64,000 nucleotides of DNA, taken from NCBI RefSeq assembly GCF_006345805.1, contig NC_043001.1, positions 72,726,001 to 72,790,000 of the forward strand, read 5' to 3'. The notes beneath the pieces were generated by a model. The model searched no databases and was not told where the DNA came from. It was given only the letters and a program-made list of their open reading frames with translations. Shown in pieces: positions 13,160 through 24,479 of the stretch. This stretch comes from Octopus sinensis (Eukaryota). The position numbers and the translations under genes were made by a program. The stretch's first letter is position 1; each line of letters opens with the position of its first letter.

Positions 13160-16100
13160 CCTGATATTGACGCGAGGGATGTGAACGAAGTCGATCCTCA
13201 ACATACAATCTTGGACGTATCCTTTACTACTTCAGACATTACAGCTGCAATAAATGAGATCAAATACTTTTCTGCTGAAGGACCTGATAGTTTCCCCGCT
13301 AGTGTCCTGAAGGAATGTTGGTACCAACTTGCAATCCCTCCAACCAACTTCTGTAGAAATTCTTTAGACTCAGACTATATAGCGAAGTAGCTCCTATCCC
13401 AATCTGTCATTTCAGATTTCAAAGAGGAAAACGAATGCCTCGCAGTCAACTATCGTCCAATCTCACTCACTTCCCATTTCATCAATGTGTTTGAAAGCGT
13501 GGTGAGATCAAGGTTAGCTAGCTTCCTGAAGAGCCCCAATCTTCTAGATTCAAACCAGCATGGCTTTCGCTGCAGCTGAGACCAGGGATGCTACTGTTGG
13601 GTTTGTACACTCAGATCTGGGGTTTTTTGGAGCAATGACGAGTTTATGGGTTTTAATTTCCAAATTTACATTAAATCTGGGTTTTTAAGTTAGCTTTGGC
13701 TGCAAACTTATCTTTTAAAGAGAATTCGGTGTTATACACTTTGTATGCAATATGTACCAAAGTTGCACCTCTTCTAATACTTGGTAAATTTTCTATATAT
13801 CATCTATAATCATCTCATGTAATGAATTTATCGATACAAATGTTGTATGTGGCGTAATTACCGATCGTACGCGTTCATTACTTGTTTATATTTGTATCAT
13901 ACCAGGCAACTACAAGTTACAACGCGTTGGTAACCCCTAGTACACTTGTCTGAAATTCTGACACCGCCAGTTGACAACTTGACTGTGTTGATGGTGTGCA
14001 CTTCGATTGTTACTCGCAATTTAAAATTTGTTTAACATTTTGGGTGAGTGTTTTTTTGTTTTGTAACCCTTTGCGAAATAATGGCAGACAATAGTGGGTC
14101 CAAAATGAGGAAGTGGAAATTCTCAAGAAACGAAAGTTTTCAGTATTGATAGATGAGAATACAGACATCTCAGTGACACAAATTTTAACGATAGTTGTTC
14201 CCCCTTTTTTTTTTGTCAAGGATGCTCTTCTGGATGCAATTATAGTAGAAAATGGTTCGTCTCAGGTCTTGTACGATGCTGTCAAGTCTACGCTTACAAA
14301 AGAAGATGTATCTACGAGCAACATACTTGGATTTGTCAGCAATAGTTACTCAACATTGATGGGTAACAAGAGCGGGTTTCAAAAGTTATTGAGAAACGAT
14401 ATTCCGACTGTATTTACAATAGGCTGTGTTTTCAATTCGTTTGCACTGTGTTCAAGTCATACAGTGAAGGCTTGACCTTCGTATCTCGAGTCCTTTTTAA
14501 AGGACTTCTTACTTTTCTCGAAGTGGCAAACGTCAAAATGACTTCAATATGATACAAAGTGTTGTTGGCACAAAAGAAAGCAATATTCCAAAGCTTTCAC
14601 AAACTAGATGCTTGTCGTGTGAAAATGTAATTAACGTTATAATAGAACAGTGGGATGCCCTTGTACTTTATTTTTAGTCTGAGGATAAAGTAGAAAAAGT
14701 AGACGGAGCAAAAAGGATCTATGAAACAATGATTAACAAAGGGGTGAAGCACATGCTGCTCTTCTTACATTATATATTAAAGAAAGTAAATGCTCTCAAT
14801 GTCGAGTTTCAATCAGAACACTTTTGACTGCATCTGTTCCATACACTTGTATCCAATGAATATAAAAGCATCCTTAGTTGCTTTATAAAAGAGGATGTTT
14901 TAACTGTATCTAATTTATCAGATATTGATATTAATAACACAACAAATCACAAAGATATGAGTGATATTTACCTCGGTGGACGCGCAATGAGATATCTAGA
15001 ACAAAACCCCATCATTGGTGACTCAGCTAGATTCAAAACTGATTGCAAAAAGTTTTAAATAGAATTATGCTCTCAAATAAAAATGCACTTTCCTCTCGAT
15101 GAAGCTGGAGTGCTTGCCCTCTTAGAAATACTTGATCCAAAAGCAGTACGCAATCTCACTAACGCTCCCCAGTCAATAATTCCCTTGGCATCAAACTTTC
15201 CGGCAATTGCACCAGGAAACACTTGATAAACAAGCCGATGAGTGGAGATTATTTCAGTAATATGAAGATATTTCTGTTTCCTCAAAAAGCATCCTCGAAT
15301 TCTGGTATTCCATACGCAATCTTAAAGACGGGCTTGACCACTCTAAATTTGAGAGGCTGTCATAATTCATGACTAATTTAACGGTGTTACCTCGTTCATC
15401 AGCGCGCATGGAACGCATATTTTCCCAAGTAAATTGCACAAGCACAAAGTTCACTAATAGGATGAAGGCCGAAACGATCACCGATCGTCTTCTCGCTAAA
15501 CAAACAATTACAAAAAAGGGAACGTGATACATTTCTTGGGAGCCGAACGCTAAACTTATTAAAGATGTAGTGGATGTGTCTTATCACCGTAGATATACAA
15601 GTAGGCTGAACTTCAAAAAGGAAGGAGTGAATGAAGATGATATGGGTATGTATGAAATTGACAATTAACTGCCATATGATATAAAGTAAGTATTAAATTC
15701 TGTATTCATTTTGTCATATATCATATTTTATCATTAAATTACCAATTATATATTTTCTAACATCTGGGTTTATAAAATAGGATTTGGGTTTTTTGTAGCA
15801 AATAATCTGAGCGTTTTATTATTTGATGAGTGGCAACCCTACAGGGATTGTCTAACACAACTCTTACATCACGTCGATGACATCCTTAAAGCCTTGGGAT
15901 CAGGTTCGAACTCTGATGTCATATACCTGGACTTCAGTAAAGCGTTCGACAGAGTCGACCACAATATCCTACTGTCAAAATTGTCAAATATTGGAATCTG
16001 TGGAAACTACTAAATGGATTAAGTATTTCCTGGAGAACAGAAACATGTCGTGATCGGTGTAATCCACTCAGTCCAGCAAAGGTCACCAGTGGTGTTCCTC

Positions 16101-16222
16101 AGGAGACTGACTTGGGCTCGCTTCTGTTTATAGGCTATACAAATGATATTTCAAGAGTCATCAATCACAGCAAAGGGAAAATAATGACTCCAAGCTCCAG
16201 AAAATCATTCACGGAGAAGACC
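13160..16222 (+). pseudogene. CR1-clade LINE RT fragment, split by a hAT insertion (13160-13582 + 15842-16222)
   Basis: SAEGPDSFPASVLKEC, NYRPISLTS, NQHGFR | DCLTQLL, DVIYLDFSKAFDRVDHNILL, VTSGVPQ. Confidence 0.9.
13583..15841 (+). mobile_element. hAT transposon (Tip100/ZNF862-like transposase), decayed
   Basis: Ends CAGGGATGCTAC / GTGGCAACCCTA; FSVLIDENTDIS, GCVFNSFALCSS, LSQTRCLS, IIEQWDALVLYF, LPRSSARMERIFSQVN. Confidence 0.9.
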
Positions 16223-16224
16223 GC

Positions 16225-16714
16225 ATGTATGTATACAATTATAAGAGCGTTGACAGCAAGAATAGAGTCCTTTGCCTCTAATTTCTAGCAGTGTAGGTGT
16301 TCCAACACACTCGGTCATATTTCCTTTTTGGTGAAACTCTGCTAACTAGCTGCCTCATTTAATTATTTGAATGCACATTGGCGATTCGCTAAATCATCCA
16401 TAAACATTTTTATGGAATAAACATATATGTTTGTAGCTCGGCTGTCCGGAAAGAAGCGAACTGTACTGGCCCTTTTGAAGATGCTTCGGCCTAAAGCTGA
16501 AACCCCACGGTAAAGGGATATTACAGTCGTCAATCTCCGACCATCTACAGTTGCTGCCGGCATATATGTATATAATTATATGCGCGTTGACAGCAGCAAT
16601 AGAGCCCTTTAGCTCTTATTTCTAGCAGTATAGGTGTTCTAGAACCCTCAGTCATGTTTAATGGCATTTATTGTTTTCCTTTTTGGTGAAACCCTGCTAA
16701 CTAGCCGCATCACT
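16225..16714 (+). repeat. ~337-bp tandem unit (about 1.4 copies) containing a hammerhead ribozyme
   Basis: gcgttgacagca..tttctagcagt..ttggtgaaac..gctaactagc recurs at 16247 and 16584. Confidence 0.85.
16460..16527 (+). ncRNA. Type I hammerhead ribozyme
   Basis: ACTGTA-ctgg-CCCTT / TTGAAGA / T-GCTT..AAGC-T / GAAA / CC-ccac-GG / TA| / AAGGG-atat-TACAGT: three stems, GUA triplet, internal loop in stem I. Confidence 0.7.
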
Positions 16715-17544
16715 GGATCTTTTCGGTTTGAACGGCAGTTTTTAACATAATTTCTAGGTAACTAAAAAATTTTTAACTTCGTATACTGGTAGAATGTGTT
16801 TATAAAACATCATTTTCTCTTGGCTTTCTTGGGAAGATTCTACAGGTTGTAACATATTTCGTCTTTAATTCCTTGCATTCGGCAATTTTAACCAATTAAT
16901 GACCGTCTATTGAGGTGAAAGCATTCTGTGCCGTATGAATATGTCCCTCCTTTAAGAAATAGATTAGGTTTATTTACATTTGTGAAGAAAAAAAGATACC
17001 CTTCCCCCACCCCTAACCCTAACCCTAACTAACCCTAACTTACCCTAAATCTAAAATAGATTGAAATGCAATAGATCGATACTAAGGCCATAATTATGGG
17101 TGATAATTTCATATGACACCGCTAGAAAAACCTGCCATTTTCTCTAGCTGTGTCATATGAAATTGTCACCCATAATTATGACCCTCGAATCGATCTATTG
17201 CATTTCAATCTATTTTAGATTTAGGGTTAGTTAGGGTTAGGGTTAGGGGTGGGGGAAGAGTATCTTTTTTTCTTCACAAATGTAAATAAACCCAATCTAT
17301 TTCTTAAAGGAGGGACATATTCATACGGCACAGAATGCTTTCACCTCAATAGACGGTCATTGATTGGTTAAAATTGCCGAAATGCAAGAAATTAAAGACG
17401 AAATATGTTACAAACTATAGAATTTTCTCAATAAAGCCAAGAGAAAATGATGTTTTATAAACACTTTCTACCAGTATACGAAGTTTAAAATTTTTAGTTA
17501 CCAAGAAATTATGTTAAAAACTGCTGTTCAAACCGAAAAGATCC
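16715..17544. mobile_element. Foldback MITE (Mutator-like), ~830-bp palindrome with internal (CCCTAA)n/(TTAGGG)n
   Basis: GGATCTTTTCGGTTTGAAC..GTTCAAACCGAAAAGATCC; arms ~415 bp; TSD gcatca(-)ct / gcatcatct. Confidence 0.9.
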
Positions 17545-17643
17545 GCATCATCTAATTATATACACACACGCACGCACACATGTAGGCATATACATACACT
17601 CACACTCACACACACGCGTGCACCTGTCCAAGGAGTTCCATGC

Positions 17644-17717
<74 letters not shown>

Positions 17718-17718
<1 letters not shown>

Positions 17719-18252
17719 CCCCGATGCAGTACCATGGTTTCTAATGTTAGCTAACTAGATGTATTAACATGTACATTGTTTCATCTTGGTATAAAAGATG
17801 GACTACAGCAAATATTCTTCTCAATACCACAAATTTTCTTGTCATTTGCTTGATCTTAACCAGTTGAGCATGTCCCTTATTGGCTGACGATATGTGCGTC
17901 TCTGATCATGAGCAGTAGTGGGGAAGCATCATAGCCATGTGTTGAGATGAATTCTTTGGGTTTGGATAATTCACCTTTGGAAACATTGGTTTTTGTTCAT
18001 CATCCTTAATCAACCCTTATTCAGGGACCTTTTGAGCGGGATGGGCTACTCGACTTGAAGAAAATTCTAACTGAGCCTCACCTGCAAGGTCATGCACTGT
18101 TTATCTTGATATGAGGTCACTATGTCTTGCACATACGGTTGTGATCCATGTGCCTGGTGTACTCTTATCAGACAGGTAGTCGTCATGGGTATACTAGGCT
18201 TCGTCTATTTTACCCCAATGTCACTTTGATGGTACGCACTGCTCTCTCAGTT
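17718..18252 (+). mobile_element. Non-coding interspersed element flanked on both sides by (TAA)n
   Basis: ~535-bp non-simple block between TAA arrays at 17645-17717 and 18253-18345; strand assumed. Confidence 0.55.
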
Positions 18253-18285
18253 AATAATAATAATAACAACAACAACAACAACAAC

Positions 18286-18345
<60 letters not shown>

Positions 18346-18381
18346 TCAAATTTTGGCACAAGACCAGAACTTTAGTAATAA

Positions 18382-18417
<36 letters not shown>

Positions 18418-18560
18418 CGACGACGACGACGACGACGATGATAATCGTGGTGATGATGGAAATGGCGGTGAGGGTGGTAGTGATCATGACGACACGACGA
18501 CAGCGGTGGTGGTGGTCGCCGTCGCAGCGGTGGAAACGATGGTGGTGGTGATTTTTGTGA
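18253..18560. repeat. Compound trinucleotide repeats (AAT, AAC, GAT, GAC, GGT)
   Basis: Directly visible. Confidence 0.95.
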
Positions 18561-19094
18561 TAAATAGTGGAGGATAGATGTAAATAATGATGAGTAACAA
18601 AACGAGATAGGATATAAGTCAAACAAATTAATTGTTATAAAATAAGATATTTTTTGCTGGTTAAAAGTTAATTACAATAGGCTTATATCAGAAACCTACA
18701 CCCACTCCTTCCATTGTGATATTAATTATTACTAACACAGCTGATAATTAAAGATTATAATTAGAAACGTATGAGGTACTACGCTAAAACAACTGTGTAT
18801 CGGTAAATTCATCTAAATTAAGATTCTGGGCGATACAAAAGCTTTTGCTGGAAAATATTAACACTGAAAGACTTCTTTGTACATATAGATGATGATACTT
18901 CCTGTGTGTTAGTTCTTAGCATAGCTGTATAGTGTTATCAGTGCGAAAATCGATCGGTTGGAAAGGACAGACTTATCATGAGCATTGAGATTTAAAAGTT
19001 GTCATTGCATCAGTCACTGAAACTAGGGACTGTAATTGCGTAAAAGTGAACTGTAGGTCAATGTATTTTTAAGGTCTCTCACACACACACACAC

Positions 19095-19172
<78 letters not shown>

Positions 19173-19795
19173 TGAGAGAGAAGAGGGAAACAGCTACCAA
19201 CATTCTAAGCTAAGATTTCAAACCTAATTTACAATTTGATATAAGTTCCTAGTTCCTAGGCCTATTGTTTTCGCCTGTTGCCCTAAGTGATTAATCAGAA
19301 TAAGCTGACTCCTTAGACCTTTGAGAGTTATTCACGTGCCAAACCTGATATAGTAGAAGAATCCTTTGTTTTTGCTTAACCTAGTATAGTAAGAAGAACA
19401 TAAAACCACGACAGCAAATTAACTCCTTCTCTTTGGTAACTCGGCACCTATCAAAAGTACACGTCCATCTTTCTTCTTTCTTCCTTCTGCCCAGTACTGA
19501 AGGAGAAACAGCATGGGGCAATACACTGCTTATACTTTCTACTTACCTTAATGTTTTTTTTACTCTCTCACTCTTGATGAAACTAATTATCTACAGAATG
19601 GGCTAGAGATCTACAAATAACTTGTATACACAATAACTCGACGAAGTGGTAGTTTCTATAATGTACCACAATAACAATATAAATAAACAGCCATCTCAAA
19701 AATGAATTAATATTGTTTTTATCATTCATTTATCCGATGCATCATGACATTAAACTTTGTCATATATATACACAAATAGCAGCAGATGGATTGTG

Positions 19796-19882
19796 ATTCA
19801 CTACTGCTGCTTCAGGCGGGGTTTTTTTTATGAATAGAATTATTACATCACGCTGTGAAAAAACCGTTTTCATCAGGTGAAT
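19796..19882 (-). ncRNA. Degenerate hammerhead ribozyme motif
   Basis: Minus strand: ATTCAC-CTGATGA-aaacgg..ccgcct-GAAG-CAGCA-GTA-GTGAAT; perfect 6-bp stem I, GAAA changed to GAAG. Confidence 0.55.
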
Positions 19883-19923
19883 ATATGTAAGAATTAAACA
19901 TTTCAAAGCATCTCAATGCATAA

Positions 19924-20006
19924 GCAAAATGCCATTTCGTGAGACTCACCAACTAAAATTCGTCCTGACCGAATTTTAGCCGGTGAGTTATGAAATGGCA
20001 TTTTGC
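19924..20006. repeat. Short imperfect palindrome (~38-bp arms)
   Basis: gcaaaatgccatttc..actcacc..ctaaaattcg / cgaattttag..ggtgagt..gaaatggcattttgc. Confidence 0.9.
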
Positions 20007-20704
20007 TACGGAATTGACATATATATATATATATATACTAGCAAAATGATAAATAAAACATATGCATATATACATCTATATGTACTTACATATATATGTA
20101 TATATACATGCATATATAGGTACAGGACACCAAAAAAACGTCGAACACAATGAGAAACGAAAACATAAAAACAGAACCGTGGAAACGGACATTTTTTTAA
20201 ACAACGAAAAAACAGGATGCAAGACATACGACACAAGGAAAATTCCCCTTCTTCAGCCACCTCCGTTTCGTCTACTCCGCGTTTCGAAGGTAAAGGCGAG
20301 ACACGACTTCGATGAAACGGTCCTTCCCGCAAATAATTTGAGATTTTTTGCGGAGGAGTAAAAGTGGTAACAAAAACAGGACAGTAAAAACAATACAAGA
20401 CAGTAACAGCTTATTGTTCGCTCAACGTAGCATCAACAAAGACAAAAGTACTCCATACAGTGAGAAATAAGTATTTAATGTACACAGTACAAAAAATAGT
20501 TTCTTACTAGGATCGAGGTAAGTTTTTATAACACACCTTATGTCTCCAAATAATCTCTACACTCTGACCACGTGGTCTATTTAGCCTGCAATCAGGACAC
20601 TAATACAAGAGAAATCACGAGAAAAACGAAAAGGTATATGTGTGTGTGTGTGTGTGTGTACATGCGTATATATATCTACATATACATATGCATATACATA
20701 TATA

Positions 20705-21350
20705 TATATTTAAAAGACCACAATGAACAATTTCATTTAGAATGGTTGATTCTCTCAATTTCGATACCATATGACAAAGGCAAGAAATTCTGTCTTCTCT
20801 GCAATTCTGAGCTATTTTTCATTATTTTTTCTAAAAAGTACTCTAGTAAACACGGTTATAGAGCGAGCATACAGATGTAAGCATTGGCAAAAACATACAT
20901 TCAGTGCATATAAGTAGTCTCTATCATTATATATAATTTAAACTTTAATTTCCTTTATATTTAACATTCACTATTAATATCCCTACTGTTTCTGTTAGCG
21001 ACTTATGACGTTATATCATATAACGTTTTTTTAAACAATATCAATAGCGTTCTGTCTATCGCTATACAAATCCATCATTTTTTGCTAAAATGTCTTATTG
21101 ACGAGTTTCGTTTTTTTCACTTTCCTGAGGAGAAGATTGCATTGTTTATACCATTTATTCTTTTGAATAGTATCAGTGGAATTTTCGAAACATGTGTCGA
21201 AAGTAAAAATATTTGATTATACCTACGTTAACTCCATTTTTTATTCATATTATTCAAAATATTCAACGTAAACACGAAGTTTCTACCTTTATAAACAAGG
21301 AGTTGCAACACCTTTACTTGTGAGATTTTTGCTGCCCTGGTAACTATTTA
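20705..21350 (+). mobile_element. Penelope-like element 3' end (GIY-YIG C-terminus plus pLTR)
   Basis: LKDHNEQFHLEWLILSISIPYDKGKKFCLLCNSELFFI (W.IL..PY..C.LC..E motif), followed by a hammerhead motif. Confidence 0.75.
21119..21204 (+). ncRNA. Minimal type I hammerhead ribozyme with intact core
   Basis: ACTTTC-CTGAGGA-GAAGAT..ATTTTC-GAAA-C-ATGT-GTC|-GAAAGT. Confidence 0.75.
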
Positions 21351-21403
21351 TTTATTTTTTCCGTGTTAATTGTTAACAAGGTAAAAATACACTCATCTAT
21401 TTA

Positions 21404-21473
<70 letters not shown>

Positions 21474-21568
21474 ATATATAGTGAGAATTTACAAAAAAAC
21501 AAAAGACGAAGACGGGTGTGTAAACAACAAACAGATGTATTAGTTTAACGCTCGGGAAGTGAGAAACT

Positions 21569-21604
21569 ATTTTACGTTTCGAGCCTACGCTCTTCGACAG
21601 AAAG
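21569..21604 (-). ncRNA. Degenerate hammerhead motif in a PLE-LTR-like fragment (21480-21680)
   Basis: Minus strand: CTTT-CTGTCGA-A-GAGC-gtag-GCTC-GAAAC-GTA-AAA. Confidence 0.45.
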
Positions 21605-24479
21605 GAACACAGAAATAAACAGGGATAGAAAATAAAAAAGGTTTAGTGGCTAGCGATCTATCATGGCGAATGCCGGACAAAGGGGTCACACAGGAGAGCT
21701 AGGAAGAAGGGGAGATAATAAAGTAGTGGTAATCCCAAAACGAAGGTGCGCGTGTGTATGTGAGAGTGTGTATATGCGTGTGGAAGGGGGCTAGTGACCT
21801 TGATATGCATGTGTAGGTGTGTGAATGATGGCGAGGATGCTGGGAAGTAGTCAGTGCTAGTGTGTGCGCTGGTGTGGGTGCTGGGAAGTGGTCAGTGCTA
21901 GTGTGTGCGGGGTAGTGTGATGTGGTGTGGTGCGGTATGGTGGTGTGGTGGTGTGTGGTGGGTGGTGTGGTGGTGTTGAGGTGTGGGGGAAGCAAGGGTT
22001 GGGGTGTAAAGGATTATAAAGATGATGGGGTTGGAATGTGTAGGAGTGGGGTAATGAGGGAGGGGTGACGATATATATATATGCGTGTGCATGAATGTGA
22101 GTTTGTCAGGTTGTTCTTGAGTGCTGCTGATAACATGTAATACAACCTGTTGAATGGTTGAACCTCAGTAGCTAACCGGCAACTCTACCAAGCCTGCTTG
22201 GTGAGTAGAGTGTTTTGTTGGACACCCTACTGGACGAAAAACAACACCCGTCAAAAGAGTAGATGAATTTAGTTGAGCCAACGTCCATCCAGTTACGTGA
22301 TATGTGTGTGTGTATGTGTACGTGCGTGCATGTGTATACGTGTGTGTACGTGTAGGAGTGCGTGCGCGCGTGAGGACTTCCAAATATCAGATTAGTTGCC
22401 AGGTGTGCATTTAACCTACCAGGACATGTTGGACCCTACTAAGCCAAAAAATGGAGGACTCTAATAGAAAAGCCTGAGGTATGTAGCACATAGAGTTTGT
22501 GGCAAAATGTTTTTCACCAATTTTCTTCTCTCAACGTTTTCGAAAAGCATTGCTGGCCGTACACATCTTTACCGTTGAAAAACATCTTCAGATGATTTAT
22601 TTTCAAAGTAACGGCTTATAATATTGGCTGTTACACCCTCACTCGGTGAAGCCGACTGCAGGTAAGTGTCGAAAGCTTGGTCTTCGTGATTCTGTCCATT
22701 GTTCTCGGAATCTGCGCTCAGAATTTATTAATGTTACCTGTCAAATTCGCCACTAACTTAGGTGAGACATAGTTCAATTTAGAAATCTCATTCAACTACA
22801 TTATTATCGACCTAGTTCAAATAATTAAGTAGATGTGTATTTATCTACCCCTTGAATAATCCCATCGACCCCCAGAGGTCAATATCGACCACTTTGGAGA
22901 TCACTGTCCTCGACTATGCTTTCTGCACCCTTGCTTTCAATCATTTATCTTCTTTCCTCTACACGACCTCGCTCTGGTCACGATGTATATACAAGAAATT
23001 TACATGGCTCAGCGCATCCAGCATATCTTTTGCAATTTATCATATTTGCTTTACCCATAGAAATTACTTACGACCACAGAGCCAGACAAACTTGATCTCT
23101 GCATTTCCTGTAAGACACCTACCCCAAAATCCACTACTTATTGCCAAAAATCTTCCTGCAATACCATAGATTAAGAATAGTAGTGTCATATTCAGATGCA
23201 CTTGAATATGCAATCTTCTGATTACGTAATCTGGCATTGCATCACATTCAGACCAACTCAAACCTGCACTCAAACCAATTCTGCACGCTAATCAAATCTC
23301 TTCATTCTACAGTGAAACTGATATTGCACGCAATTCAGACTCACTTGTATATGCACTAATATTCACATATACATCACTTCAGCTTCTTTCTCTTGGTAGC
23401 TAAGATATTTCTCGCCTTAATTCATTTCCATCCGTACACTTTCTATTTCACAGTTTGCACTGTACACATCTCCATCTTCCCCCACCTTCTCTGATTGATC
23501 GAACGCCAATTTCCTTTTTTTCCTTCTTTTCTTTTTTGTCTTACCCCGTTATTTGTATTTCCATGCAATTTATGATAGCACGTATATAACCTTCCGTAAA
23601 AACTGACGCCATGCAATTTCTTCTCACAATGTCATCACATTCACTGCTTTGTCTTGCATTTAAAGTTTTACAACATACATTTCATGGAAGCAATTTGTGC
23701 CCTGGTAAGTAAGTAATTATAACGTTATTTTCAAGCTTAAAACAAAATGACTTATCTCATCAGTGGGGTATCACAAACGATTCGAAACACAGTCTTAATT
23801 AACGTGAGAATGCTAATAATGAGGTCCTTCATTGGATCAAAGGCTCTACATTCTTAAGAAGACAATTAAATCAAAATCAATGAAATCAACCAAGTCCTTA
23901 ACTGGAACTAATATCATCAGTCACAGTTGATACAAAAAGAACAAAAAAATCTAATTCGGTTTCATTACGACTTGAACTTAAAATATGAAGGGACGTAATT
24001 ACCACAAGGTATTTAGAGATCAGCTGCTTAGACGAGATCGTTATCGAAACTGGTCGAGATCTACCATCCTCTTTTTAAGACAGCGGGGTATGGTTTGATG
24101 GAGATTTGACTGCTATTTCTAAAATATGAAGGTATTGCCTAGAAGGCTCCTCGTTGATTTGTTTATATCTTGTTTATTATTATTATTCATTGTTATGATT
24201 TTTTTCTTTTTCGTCAGATTTAAACCTGAAACCCAATATCAAGGACAAAGCAACACGCACTAAAAGCATTAACTGATACATGAGAAAATGTTAACTTGAA
24301 TAATCATTCTTTTTCTCTTTCTCTTTTTCCTCTCTTTCTCTCTCTTTCTCCCTCCTTCTCTCTCATTCTTTTTCTTCTCTCTCTTTCTCTCTCTTTCTTT
24401 CTCTTTTGCTCTTCTCTTTCACTCTATCTCCCTCTTTCTTTGTTTCACTATAATAAATATTTGAAACAAAAGGAAGCAA

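Noticed and set aside
17011-17250. Inverted telomeric repeats suggesting a chromosome fusion site
   Set aside because: Only a few units, in CCCTAA-then-TTAGGG order, and internal to the arms of a TSD-flanked MITE
18148-18626. Poly-N, poly-D and poly-H ORFs
   Set aside because: Trinucleotide microsatellites with no splice or domain context
18889-19020. C/D snoRNA-like ATGATGA..CTGA
   Set aside because: No convincing terminal stem or rRNA guide complementarity seen
22100-22300. Possible HDV-like ribozyme or R4-type 5' UTR (..aacctcagtagctaaccggcaactctac..gtagag)
   Set aside because: I could not build P1/P2/P3 pairings by eye; it needs an RNArobo/Infernal HDV search
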